Shown: positions 47,443 to 56,743 of the stretch, one piece after another
Position numbering within the stretch: position 1 is the first letter of the stretch
Layout of the letters: each line of letters opens with the position of its first letter
Virus record (IMG/VR): IMGVR_UViG_3300032334_001019
Coordinates: 32,001 to 96,000 of that record
Reading direction: 5' to 3' (one strand)
DNA: 64,000 nt
Origin: a virus
Notes under the pieces: model-generated
Database searches by the model: none
Told to the model about the DNA's origin: nothing
What the model saw: only the letters and a program-made list of their open reading frames with translations
Made by a program: the position numbers and the translations under genes

Positions 47443-48651
47443 ATGTCAGAAATTGATAAAAAAGAAGAAGATCTTAGACAAGTTAGACCATGGGATTTTT
47501 TTAATCCAAATACTGAATATGCAACAAAAGAAGTTCAGTCTGCAAGATTTGATATTTGTAAATCTTGTCCAGAATTAATTAAACTAACATCGCAATGTAA
47601 AAAATGTGGTTGTGTCATGAGATTAAAAACTAAGTTAGCACTTGCAACATGTCCTATAGGTAAATGGGGTACTGCAGAAAAATTAACTCCAGAATTAATA
47701 CAAGAAGACTCAGTATCTAGAATATTTATTAATATACCTTCATATAAAGATCCAGAAATTTGGCTAACAGTAGAAAACTTTATTAAAAATGCTAAATATC
47801 CAGAAAGAGTTTTTTTTGGCATTACATTACAATCTAATAATATTTATCAAGATAGAATTCAGTCATTTGAATATAATAATGTTAGTCTAGATGCTATTGA
47901 ACCTGGATCAATTGTAGGCTGTCAGCCAGCCAGAAAAAATTCTCATAAATTTTATAGAAATGAAGAATATTATTTAAATATGGATTCACACATGAGGTCT
48001 ATAAAAAACTGGGATGTAGAAATAATTAGAGAATACGAATTTAATAAAGAACATTATGGTGTATCAATATTTACTGCCTATGCCCCACCTTATGATTTAT
48101 TGCCAGATGGAACAGATGATATTAATCCAGATATAAGTTCAAACCCTACATTTTTTATGTCTGAATCAAACATATCTAATTTTTATAAAAATTTAGTTCC
48201 ACAGTTTACATCTCAATATACCAATCCTGGACACAATGTATTATCTCCATATATTTCTGGACATTTTTTCTTTACAGAAAAACAAGTAATTGAAAGGGTT
48301 CCATTTATGTCTGAGATAACATTTACAGAAGAGGAACCCTTAATGGCTTTAAGATTTTTTACTGCTGGATTTAATCTTGTAACACCTAGTAAGGTTTTTG
48401 TATATCATAGATATGGAAGAGGTGGAAGAAGCCTATTTTGGGAAGATTTTCCAGAAAAGTTTTTCCCAGAAGATGAAAAATCTAGAAACTATTTTAGAGA
48501 ATTAGTTACAACAAATAAAATAGACCCAGTAAGTGGTCTTTTTACAGAAAGATCACTAGAAGATTATGAGAAGTATTCTGGTATAAGTTTTTCAACAGCA
48601 ACCCTTCATGAGGGAGTAAAGTCTGGACTTCCTTCTGGTTCTTTCAAATAA
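47443..48651 (+). CDS. GT60/Skp1-type (hydroxyproline) GlcNAc transferase fused to an N-terminal Cys-rich domain
   Basis: IFINIPSYKDPE, PERVFFG, GCQPAR, YYLNMDSHMR..NWD, EE..MALR..TAG..L..P....YH.Y. Confidence 0.75.
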   Translation: MSEIDKKEEDLRQVRPWDFFNPNTEYATKEVQSARFDICKSCPELIKLTSQCKKCGCVMRLKTKLALATCPIGKWGTAEKLTPELIQEDSVSRIFINIPSYKDPEIWLTVENFIKNAKYPERVFFGITLQSNNIYQDRIQSFEYNNVSLDAIEPGSIVGCQPARKNSHKFYRNEEYYLNMDSHMRSIKNWDVEIIREYEFNKEHYGVSIFTAYAPPYDLLPDGTDDINPDISSNPTFFMSESNISNFYKNLVPQFTSQYTNPGHNVLSPYISGHFFFTEKQVIERVPFMSEITFTEEEPLMALRFFTAGFNLVTPSKVFVYHRYGRGGRSLFWEDFPEKFFPEDEKSRNYFRELVTTNKIDPVSGLFTERSLEDYEKYSGISFSTATLHEGVKSGLPSGSFK

Positions 48652-48655
48652 AAAA

Positions 48656-48684
48656 GGGCCAGGTATATAACCTGACCCAATTTT
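48656..48684. terminator. bidirectional terminator
   Basis: A run-GGGCCAGGT...ACCTGACCC-T run between convergent genes. Confidence 0.7.
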
Positions 48685-48693
48685 ATATAATTT

Positions 48694-49245
48694 TTATGAT
48701 GGGAATTGTGTCATTAAATTTTTTGTTTTTGGCGTAATACCGTGCCAAGATGACCAATCTTTTCCACCGTTACTCATATGATATGCAATTTGAGCATTTA
48801 AAACTGGATTGAATAATTCAGCATTAGAAGAGAGTTCAAACTTATCTCTTCTATCTGGACCAAGAATTCCTAGCATGTTAATTTGAAAAAGTCCAAAAGA
48901 TGAGTCTCCAGTGCTTGCATTTCCGTTAAATGCTAGAGGTCTTCCTCCAGATTCTTTTTTAGCAACAGCCCAGGCCTCAATAAGGTCCTTTCCTTTAAAT
49001 CCAACTAAAGATAATAAACTTTTTAACTCTAGATCAGTTAGAGAAACCTTATTTGAAAAACTCTCCAACATTTTCTCTTTAGAAACCAAAAAAACCTCTT
49101 TCGAGGTAGTTTGCGATGTCTGAGCCTGTTCGGGACTCAAATTATTAATAGTATTAGCGTTAGCAGCATTAGAAAAAACACTGATAAGTGCTACGGTACT
49201 GAGTATGCTAATGATCTCTTTGTTTCTTTCGATAAATTTAATCAT
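48694..49245 (-). CDS. secreted lysozyme-like transglycosylase (SLT)
   Basis: Signal peptide ending ANA; AVAKKESGG, DSSFGLFQINM, LFNPVLNA, GGKDWSSW; promoter TTGACT..TATACT and SD AAGGAGG. Confidence 0.85.
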   Translation of the reverse strand: MIKFIERNKEIISILSTVALISVFSNAANANTINNLSPEQAQTSQTTSKEVFLVSKEKMLESFSNKVSLTDLELKSLLSLVGFKGKDLIEAWAVAKKESGGRPLAFNGNASTGDSSFGLFQINMLGILGPDRRDKFELSSNAELFNPVLNAQIAYHMSNGGKDWSSWHGITPKTKNLMTQFPS

Positions 49246-49376
49246 AGTTTCCTCCTTAGAAAACAATAACACCCTGGTAGGTGTCTACTGATAAGTATAA
49301 CATGTTTTTGTCTCAAAAGTCAAATATTGTAACATTTTTTATAAAATAATTTATTCAAACATGGTATAATAATTAA

Positions 49377-49787
49377 ATGGCTACGCTCAGAGGGTCTCAA
49401 TCATCATATGATATTGGAAACAAACCACCAACAGTTATTTGGACAGTTGTTCGTGGTGATACATCTGGTTTTAAAGTTTATGTTACAGATGATGCTCAAG
49501 TTCCTTTAATTTTAAAGGGTGATGAGTCTGAATGGGATATTGCCATGAAGATTAAAAGACCAAACTCAACACCTGGAGTTATTACTGATGATGCAGTTAC
49601 AATTATGGCATTGCATCCAAGAGCAGATGAAGATGATCTAGTTGGTGAATTTACGGTTTGGCTTACAGCAGAAGAATCTAATGTCTTACAGACAGGAGAC
49701 ATCTTTGATATTCAGGTTAGCGACCCAACAAGAGTCTGGACAGTTTGCCAGGGTAGCATGAAGATTCTTGAAGATGTAACAGATTAA
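49377..49787 (+). CDS. baseplate/adaptor-like structural protein
   Basis: VVRGDT...FDIQV....WTV..G....EDVT. Confidence 0.6.
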   Translation: MATLRGSQSSYDIGNKPPTVIWTVVRGDTSGFKVYVTDDAQVPLILKGDESEWDIAMKIKRPNSTPGVITDDAVTIMALHPRADEDDLVGEFTVWLTAEESNVLQTGDIFDIQVSDPTRVWTVCQGSMKILEDVTD

Positions 49788-50011
49788 TGGCAACAGCAAT
49801 ACTACTAGATAACTTAAACGGTAAAACTAAAAAAATATTCCCAATTGATTATTCATTAATTGAAATTAAAGGTTCAAATCAAAAAGTTATTATAAATGAT
49901 GTTTTACCTTTTAGAGTTAGGTTTACAGCAATACAAATTGAAGGAATTGGTTTGGGTAATACCCCAGCAATTCCATTGCAGGTTATTGGATATAGCAACT
50001 ATATTCTTTAA
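49787..50011 (+). CDS. small structural protein
   Basis: Coupled ORF. Confidence 0.55.
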   Translation: MATAILLDNLNGKTKKIFPIDYSLIEIKGSNQKVIINDVLPFRVRFTAIQIEGIGLGNTPAIPLQVIGYSNYIL

Positions 50012-50046
50012 TAATATTATTTAAAAAGAGGGGTTATAATTACCAC

Positions 50047-50493
50047 ATGGCTAAAATATCAGTTCCAGGAGTAAAAAGTCTATTTCAAACAGGTGATAGA
50101 CCAACTCAAGAAAATTATGTAGATTTAATTGATACCCTTGTTGCTCAATCAACAGATTTGGGATCAGCAGGTAATAATGAAAATACAATCAATGGTATTG
50201 AGAATGTAACTGTAGTTGATAATTTTGACGCCACAGTTTGGCGTATGGTTAAGTACATTGTTTCAATATCAAAGACCTCTGCAGGGGACAACAAGTTCTA
50301 TGCAACCGAACTAACAATTCTCGTTGACGGTACAGATGTATCAGTTAGCGAATATGGCACAATCGACAACGATGGGAATATTGGCACCATTAGCGTCTCT
50401 CGCACTGGAAATACCGTGGCTTTAACAGTCACTCCAGATCCTGCGATCAAGCCAGTCACTGTACGATTTGCTCGTATGGGACTTAAGGCATAA
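50047..50493 (+). CDS. structural protein
   Basis: FQTGDRPTQENYVDLID; C-terminal domain similar to that of the 50510 protein. Confidence 0.65.
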   Translation: MAKISVPGVKSLFQTGDRPTQENYVDLIDTLVAQSTDLGSAGNNENTINGIENVTVVDNFDATVWRMVKYIVSISKTSAGDNKFYATELTILVDGTDVSVSEYGTIDNDGNIGTISVSRTGNTVALTVTPDPAIKPVTVRFARMGLKA

Positions 50494-50509
50494 TAAAAGG
50501 AGATAAAAA

Positions 50510-52318
50510 ATGGCAACAGTAAATAAAGACTTTAAGATTAAGAGTGGCCTTATTGTTGAGGGTACAACAGGTACAATCAACGGTTACGATATTCTTACAA
50601 AGAAAACAGCAGACCAAAACTATATTATTGGTCTTATTGGTGGATCAGCATCATCAGATGCTACACCAGATACAGTAGTACTTCGTGATGGAGATGCAAA
50701 CTTTGCTGCAAACGAAATTACAGCAAATCTTTTTGTTGGAGATCTTGATGGCCAGGCTGCAACAGTTGATAGCCTTTCAGGTCATACAACAACAGAAATC
50801 TCAGAAGGTTCAAACCTTTACTTCACAAACCAAAGAGCACTTGATGCAACTAATGCTGCATATGATCCAGCAGGTTCTGCAGCAGATGCTCAGGATGCAG
50901 CAGAAACTTATGCAGAGGGTTTAATCTCTACAGAAGTTACAAACCGCAACTCAGCAATCTCAACTGCAAAGGGTGAAGCAATTTCTTCTGCTAATTCATA
51001 CACAGATGGAGAAATCACAGACGCACTTACAACTGCACAAGGCTATGCTACAACAGCACAGGGCAATGCAGAAGATTATGCAGAGGGACTTATTTCAACA
51101 GAAGTAACAAACAGAAATTCAGCAATCACAACAGCAATTGATTCAGAAGTTACAGCACGTAACTCAGCAATTGCTACTGCTAAGGGTGAGGCAATTTATT
51201 CTGCTAACTCATACACAGACAGTGAAATTGCTTCTCTTGTAGGTACAGCACCAGATATTCTTGATACTCTTGGAGAATTGGCAACAGCACTTCAGGAAAA
51301 CCCAGATATTATCTCTGATCTTCAGGATATTGCAGCAGGAAAGCAAGATTCATTTACAGCAGGTGACGGACTTACATTTAATGGTACAAGCCTTGATGTA
51401 GAACTAGATCCAACAAGTGGTCTTTCACTTGCAACAGGAATGCTTGCAGTTGATACAAACATAATTGCTACAACAGTTTATGCTGACGGAGTTGCTTCAG
51501 ATGCACTTGATAGTGCAGAAGATTACACAAACTCTGCAATCTCAACAGAGGTTTCAAACCGTAACTCTGCTATCTCTGATGCAATCTCAACTGAAGTTAC
51601 AAATCGTAACTCAGCAATCTCAGATGCAATCTCAACAGAGGTTTCAAACCGCAATGGTGCAATCTCAGATGCGATTTCAACAGAAGTTTCAGATCGTAAC
51701 TCTGCAATCACATCAGCAGTAAATGCACTTACAACATCTGATATCGAAGAGGGAACAAACCTTTACTTCACAGATGGTCGTGCTAAGACTTCAGCAGCAG
51801 ATCTTTTGACTGGTGCAACTCTTACAAATATCACAATCACAGGTTCAGGTTCAGGACTTACTATCACCGCAGAAAACGGTGTAGCAGATTCTACAACTGA
51901 TGATCTTGATGAGGGTACAACAAACAAATACTTTACAGCACAAAGAGCAGTAGATGCCCTTGAAGCAGTTGTTCCAAACTTTACAGCAGTTGAGTTAAAC
52001 TCAGTTGCTAAGCAGGTTGCAGCAACAACATCAGTTCCAGTAGCAGGAATCTCAACAGGATATGCATGGGCTAAGGCTGACTACCGTTCAGCAGAGTTCC
52101 TTGTAAAGGTTGCTTATGGAACACATACAGAAATCTCAAAGGTACTTGTTACACTTGACACTTCTGATAATATCGCAATCACTGAGTATGGCATTGTTGG
52201 AACAAATGGTTCAGCATCATCAGTTTCAGCAGGAATCTCAGGAAACGATGTACAACTTCAGGTAACAACAGTTAATAACAACTCAACAGTTACTGTAGTT
52301 GGAACATTGCTTGCTTAA
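50510..52318 (+). CDS. long fibre protein with 15-aa coiled-coil repeats
   Basis: KDFKIKSGL, EG.NLYFT..RA, AP..LDTL.ELA.AL, (AISTEVSNRNSAISD)n. Confidence 0.75.
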   Translation: MATVNKDFKIKSGLIVEGTTGTINGYDILTKKTADQNYIIGLIGGSASSDATPDTVVLRDGDANFAANEITANLFVGDLDGQAATVDSLSGHTTTEISEGSNLYFTNQRALDATNAAYDPAGSAADAQDAAETYAEGLISTEVTNRNSAISTAKGEAISSANSYTDGEITDALTTAQGYATTAQGNAEDYAEGLISTEVTNRNSAITTAIDSEVTARNSAIATAKGEAIYSANSYTDSEIASLVGTAPDILDTLGELATALQENPDIISDLQDIAAGKQDSFTAGDGLTFNGTSLDVELDPTSGLSLATGMLAVDTNIIATTVYADGVASDALDSAEDYTNSAISTEVSNRNSAISDAISTEVTNRNSAISDAISTEVSNRNGAISDAISTEVSDRNSAITSAVNALTTSDIEEGTNLYFTDGRAKTSAADLLTGATLTNITITGSGSGLTITAENGVADSTTDDLDEGTTNKYFTAQRAVDALEAVVPNFTAVELNSVAKQVAATTSVPVAGISTGYAWAKADYRSAEFLVKVAYGTHTEISKVLVTLDTSDNIAITEYGIVGTNGSASSVSAGISGNDVQLQVTTVNNNSTVTVVGTLLA

Positions 52319-52353
52319 TAAAAAATAAAAATAGTTGGAAGAAGGAGTAGTAA

Positions 52354-52803
52354 ATGGCAACAGTCGATAAAGACTTCAAGGTAAAGAATGGATTAGTCGT
52401 TGCAAACGGCGGTACATTTGGAGATGCAGTAACAGTAGGAGCACCAACTCTTGCTGATCATGCAGCAACTAAGGAGTATGTTGATTCAAGATCTATGGCT
52501 GTAGGTAATACTGCTCCTTCTTCACCAACTAATGGAACACAATGGTTAGATACTCTAACAAATAGAGTTAACTTTTACTATAATGGTGATTGGTATACAC
52601 AGGCAACTATTGATGATACCTTGACATTACCACAGCACATTCACGATACAGCAATTGATGGAACTGGTTTCATAGTATCTCAGTTCTATGAAGGTGGATC
52701 ATTTAATAGTCCACAAGGAACAGGTTTAGATGCTGGTGGACCAGGTACAACAACTTGGACATCAGTATTTGATGGCGGTACAGCAGTAGATAACTTCAAT
52801 TAA
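52354..52803 (+). CDS. short fibre/structural protein
   Basis: KDFKVKNGL, HAATKEYVD, APSSPTNG..W. Confidence 0.65.
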   Translation: MATVDKDFKVKNGLVVANGGTFGDAVTVGAPTLADHAATKEYVDSRSMAVGNTAPSSPTNGTQWLDTLTNRVNFYYNGDWYTQATIDDTLTLPQHIHDTAIDGTGFIVSQFYEGGSFNSPQGTGLDAGGPGTTTWTSVFDGGTAVDNFN

Positions 52804-52860
52804 AAACTGATGTTATAATAAGATAAGTTAATGGGCAGCCCCCATAAAAGGAGAATATAA

Positions 52861-55488
52861 ATGGCAACAAGAATGCAACAGCGCAGAGGAACTGCACAGC
52901 AATGGTTAGATGCAGACCCAGTTTTAGCAGCAGGAGAAATTGGATTTGAGACAGACACTAATGAGTTCCGTATTGGCGATGGTGTTAACGTTTGGTCAGA
53001 CCTATCTCCTTTCAAGAATTTAGAAGACCTTGGTGGATCACTTGACGATTATGTCACAGTTGCATCAAAGGGTCAAGTTAATGGTGTAGCACCACTTGGT
53101 TCAAATGGTCAGATCCCAATCGCATTTTTAGCAGATCTAATTGATGAAGCACCTGAAGCACTAAATACACTTGGAGAAATTGCAGATCTTTTGACTACAG
53201 TTCAGTCAAGTGTTTCATCTTCAGTTGCAGCACACTCTGGAGACACAACAAATGTTCACGGAATTGCAGATACAGCAAATCTTGCGTATCAAGCAGACAT
53301 AACTACACACAATACTGACACAACAAATGTACACGGTATTGCAAATACAGCAGATCTTGCAACAAAGACATATGCAGATTCAGCAGTATCAACACATAAT
53401 TCAGATACAACATCTGTTCATGGCATTTCAAACACTGCAGATCTAGCATTACAGGATGATGTAACTGGTGCAGTATCAGCACACAATGATGAAACAGAAA
53501 ATGTTCATGGAATTGCTGACACATCACTTCTAATAACAACAACTGCAATGGCAAGTGCAATTACAACACACAATGATGATACTACATCTGTTCATGGTAT
53601 TGCAGACACTACAGCACTTGCTACAAAGACTTATGCAGATGGCAAGGCTTCTGACGCTCAAACAGCAGCAATCTCAGCAGCAGCAACAGCAGCAGATGGC
53701 AAGGTTTCAGACCATAATGCTGATACTACATCTGTTCACGGTATTGCAGACACTACGGCACTTGCTACAAAAACATATGCTGACGGAGCAGTTTCAACTG
53801 CAGTATCAGCACTAACAAAATCTTCAGTAGGTCTAGGAAATGTAGATAACACTTCAGATGCATCTAAGCCAGTTTCAACCGCTACTCAAACAGCACTTGA
53901 TCTAAAGGCACCACTTGCAAACCCAACATTTACAGGAACTGTTTCAGGTATTACAAAGTCAATGGTTGGTCTTGCAAATGTAACTAATACAGCAGATGCT
54001 GACAAGCCAGTTTCATCTGCTACCCAGACAGCACTTGACCTTAAGGCTAACCTTGCAGGTCCAACATTTACAGGAACAGTAACACTTCCTGCAAATACAA
54101 TTACAAATTCAATGATGGCTGATGATTCTGTAGATACTGCAGAAATCAAAAATTCAGCAGTTACAAACGCTAAACTAGCAGGTTCGATTGGATGGGACAA
54201 GTTGTCAGTTTCTTCAACAGTTTCATCAACAGAACTTGGATATGTTGATGGCGTAACATCAGCAATTCAGACACAGTTGGATTCTAAACTACCACTTGCT
54301 GGTGGAACAATGACTGGAGCACTTACACTTTCAGGTGCACCAACATCAGATCTTCATGCAGCAACAAAGTTGTATGTTGATAACGTAACTGCTGGAATTA
54401 ACTTCCATGAATCAGTTCACGCAGCATCAACTACAAACCTTGCAACAATTTATGCAAACGGAACATCTGGAGTAGGGGCAACTCTTACAGCAAATACAAA
54501 CCGTGCATTTGCAACTCTTGATGGAGAATCTGTTACTCTTGGACAGAGAGTTCTTATTAAGGATCAAACAGACGCAAAGCAAAACGGTATTTATACATTA
54601 ACAACAGTAGGTTCAGTATCTGCTCCATGGGTATTAACTCGTGCAACAGATGCAGATAATAACCCAACTGGAGAACTAAAGGCTGGAGACTTCTGTTTAG
54701 TAATTAATGGAACTGTAAATGCTGGTTATGGATATATTAATAACTCAACAGCAAATCCAATCGTAATTGGAACTGATAACATTACTTACACAGCATTTAG
54801 TGCTGGCAAGACAGTAACTGCAGGCTCTGGTCTTACAGAGTCTACACCAGGAACACTTGATATTGCAACTGGTGGAGTTACATCAGCAATGATCGCTGAT
54901 GGAACAATCGTAGATGCAGATATCAATGCTTCAGCAGCAATTGCTAAGACAAAGATTTCTGGAACAGCGATCACTGCAGCAGATTCAGGTACAGTTACAT
55001 CAGCAATGATTGCAGATGGAACAATTGTAGATGGAGACATTAATGCTTCAGCAGCAATTGCACAGTCTAAGATCTCAGGCCTAACATCAGCACTTTCTGC
55101 TAAGGCACCAGTTGATGCACCAACATTTACTAACCTAGTAACAGTTGCAGCATCTGGTGTAGCATTTACAGATGGTACACAGACAAAGGCTGGCGTTCCT
55201 TCTATCACATCATTTGCAACAGCAATTTCTTCTAGTGCAACTCTTGCTTCTGGTCAACAGGACAAGTTCGTTCCACTAACTGGAGGAGTTCAGATCACAT
55301 TGCCTGCAACTGGTTATTCAACTGGTCAATCAATTGATTTCTACCAAGAATCAGGTACAGGAGCATCATTTGCTTCAACTAACGGCGTTGTTGGAACACC
55401 AGGTTTAAAGTTTAGAACTACAAACTCAGTTGTAACAGCAATGAAGACTTCTGCAGGATGGTTGGTCTTTGGAGACCTATCACTATAA
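52861..55488 (+). CDS. tail fibre protein with Mtd-like N-terminal domain, His repeats and phage-tail repeats
   Basis: QRRGT...W....PVLAAGEIGFETDT...IGDG...W..L; 6 x H..DTT.VHGI; VGLGNVDNTSD.SKPVS. Confidence 0.85.
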   Translation: MATRMQQRRGTAQQWLDADPVLAAGEIGFETDTNEFRIGDGVNVWSDLSPFKNLEDLGGSLDDYVTVASKGQVNGVAPLGSNGQIPIAFLADLIDEAPEALNTLGEIADLLTTVQSSVSSSVAAHSGDTTNVHGIADTANLAYQADITTHNTDTTNVHGIANTADLATKTYADSAVSTHNSDTTSVHGISNTADLALQDDVTGAVSAHNDETENVHGIADTSLLITTTAMASAITTHNDDTTSVHGIADTTALATKTYADGKASDAQTAAISAAATAADGKVSDHNADTTSVHGIADTTALATKTYADGAVSTAVSALTKSSVGLGNVDNTSDASKPVSTATQTALDLKAPLANPTFTGTVSGITKSMVGLANVTNTADADKPVSSATQTALDLKANLAGPTFTGTVTLPANTITNSMMADDSVDTAEIKNSAVTNAKLAGSIGWDKLSVSSTVSSTELGYVDGVTSAIQTQLDSKLPLAGGTMTGALTLSGAPTSDLHAATKLYVDNVTAGINFHESVHAASTTNLATIYANGTSGVGATLTANTNRAFATLDGESVTLGQRVLIKDQTDAKQNGIYTLTTVGSVSAPWVLTRATDADNNPTGELKAGDFCLVINGTVNAGYGYINNSTANPIVIGTDNITYTAFSAGKTVTAGSGLTESTPGTLDIATGGVTSAMIADGTIVDADINASAAIAKTKISGTAITAADSGTVTSAMIADGTIVDGDINASAAIAQSKISGLTSALSAKAPVDAPTFTNLVTVAASGVAFTDGTQTKAGVPSITSFATAISSSATLASGQQDKFVPLTGGVQITLPATGYSTGQSIDFYQESGTGASFASTNGVVGTPGLKFRTTNSVVTAMKTSAGWLVFGDLSL

Positions 55489-55511
55489 TACGAAATTAAA
55501 GGAGATTAATA

Positions 55512-56660
55512 ATGTCAAAACAAGCAGGTAGAATGAGCCAAGGTGCAAATGATTTCTTGGCTCCATACGCACCAACAATAGGAACAGCAACAGATGTCGG
55601 AACAGCACGTCCATATAATAATGGAGCAGCAACCGTAACATTTACTGCAACAGGTCCAAATACAGCGGACTCATTCACAGTTTATGCTGTTGAAGATCCT
55701 ACAAAGACTGCTACTGGCGCATCATCTCCTTTAACAGTAACAGGTCTAGCATCTGCAACAAATTATACATTTAAGGTATATGGTACAAATACTGCAGGTG
55801 GTCGTGGTTCTGATTCTTCAGCATCTAACCAAATTACAGCAACAACAGTTCCTGCTGCACCAACAATTGGCACAGCAACAGATGTTGGAACGGGCCGTGC
55901 ATATAATAATGGTGCAGCAACTGTTACAGCAACTGCAGGAGCAACTGGTGGAAAAGCAATCACTGGATATACTGCACTTTCTAGCGCAGCACAAACAGGA
56001 ACTGCTGCAACTAGCCCAGTAACTGTTGGAGGTTTAGCATCATCAACTGGTTACACTTTTACAGTTAAGGCAACAAATGCTAATGGTGATTCAGCGTATT
56101 CTTCAGCATCAAACTCTATAACAGCAACTACAGTTCCAGAAACTGTTGGCACACCTGGTGTAACAACCGCTGCAGTTGGTGGTTCAGCAGCACAGGGTGC
56201 AGCAAATACTGCAAATGATACAGTTTCATGGTCAGCACCAGCAAATGGTGGAAAAGCAATTGATCTGTATTATTGGACATGTTCAGACGGCAAATCAGGA
56301 AGCACTGCATCTACATCTATAGTTGTAGGACAAGAATCAAATACAGCACAGACATATAGTGTTTATGCACACAACCCTAATGGAAATGGTGGCACTGGAA
56401 CATCTGCATCAATTACATCAGCGTTCTCATTTACACCATTCTCAGTGTTCTCATTTTCACCATTTGGTGTGTTCTCGTTTTCACCGTTTGGTGTTTTCTC
56501 GTTCTCACCATTCGGATTCTCTCCATTTGGATTCTCGCCATTTGGATTCTCACCATTTGGTGTATTCGGATTCTCACCATTCTCAGCAGCGTTTGGTGTA
56601 TTTGGATTCTCACCATTTGGTGCATCGTTTGGCTTTGCACCATTCTCAGCATGGACATAA
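55512..56660 (+). CDS. fibronectin type III repeat virion protein with C-terminal Phe-rich FSPF repeats
   Basis: P.APTIGTAT, SP.TV.GL....YTF.V..TN..G; C-terminal FSPFG repeats. Confidence 0.8.
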   Translation: MSKQAGRMSQGANDFLAPYAPTIGTATDVGTARPYNNGAATVTFTATGPNTADSFTVYAVEDPTKTATGASSPLTVTGLASATNYTFKVYGTNTAGGRGSDSSASNQITATTVPAAPTIGTATDVGTGRAYNNGAATVTATAGATGGKAITGYTALSSAAQTGTAATSPVTVGGLASSTGYTFTVKATNANGDSAYSSASNSITATTVPETVGTPGVTTAAVGGSAAQGAANTANDTVSWSAPANGGKAIDLYYWTCSDGKSGSTASTSIVVGQESNTAQTYSVYAHNPNGNGGTGTSASITSAFSFTPFSVFSFSPFGVFSFSPFGVFSFSPFGFSPFGFSPFGFSPFGVFGFSPFSAAFGVFGFSPFGASFGFAPFSAWT

Positions 56661-56676
56661 AAATAAAATAAAGATT

Positions 56677-56708
56677 GGCCCTCCTGAAATACGGAGGGCT
56701 ATTTCTTT
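56677..56708 (+). terminator. intrinsic terminator
   Basis: GGCCCTCC/GGAGGGCT stem followed by ATTTCTTT. Confidence 0.75.
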
Positions 56709-56743
56709 ATGGTATACTTTTATTATAGTAGATAGGACTTAAA

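Noticed and set aside
49246-49330. c-di-AMP (ydaO) riboswitch before the SLT gene
   Set aside because: Leader is only about 40 nt with one small hairpin
52861-56660. Diversity-generating retroelement suggested by the Mtd-like N-terminus and similar C-terminal repeats
   Set aside because: No reverse transcriptase in the window and no TR/VR pair differing only at adenines; the FSPF tracts differ at synonymous sites
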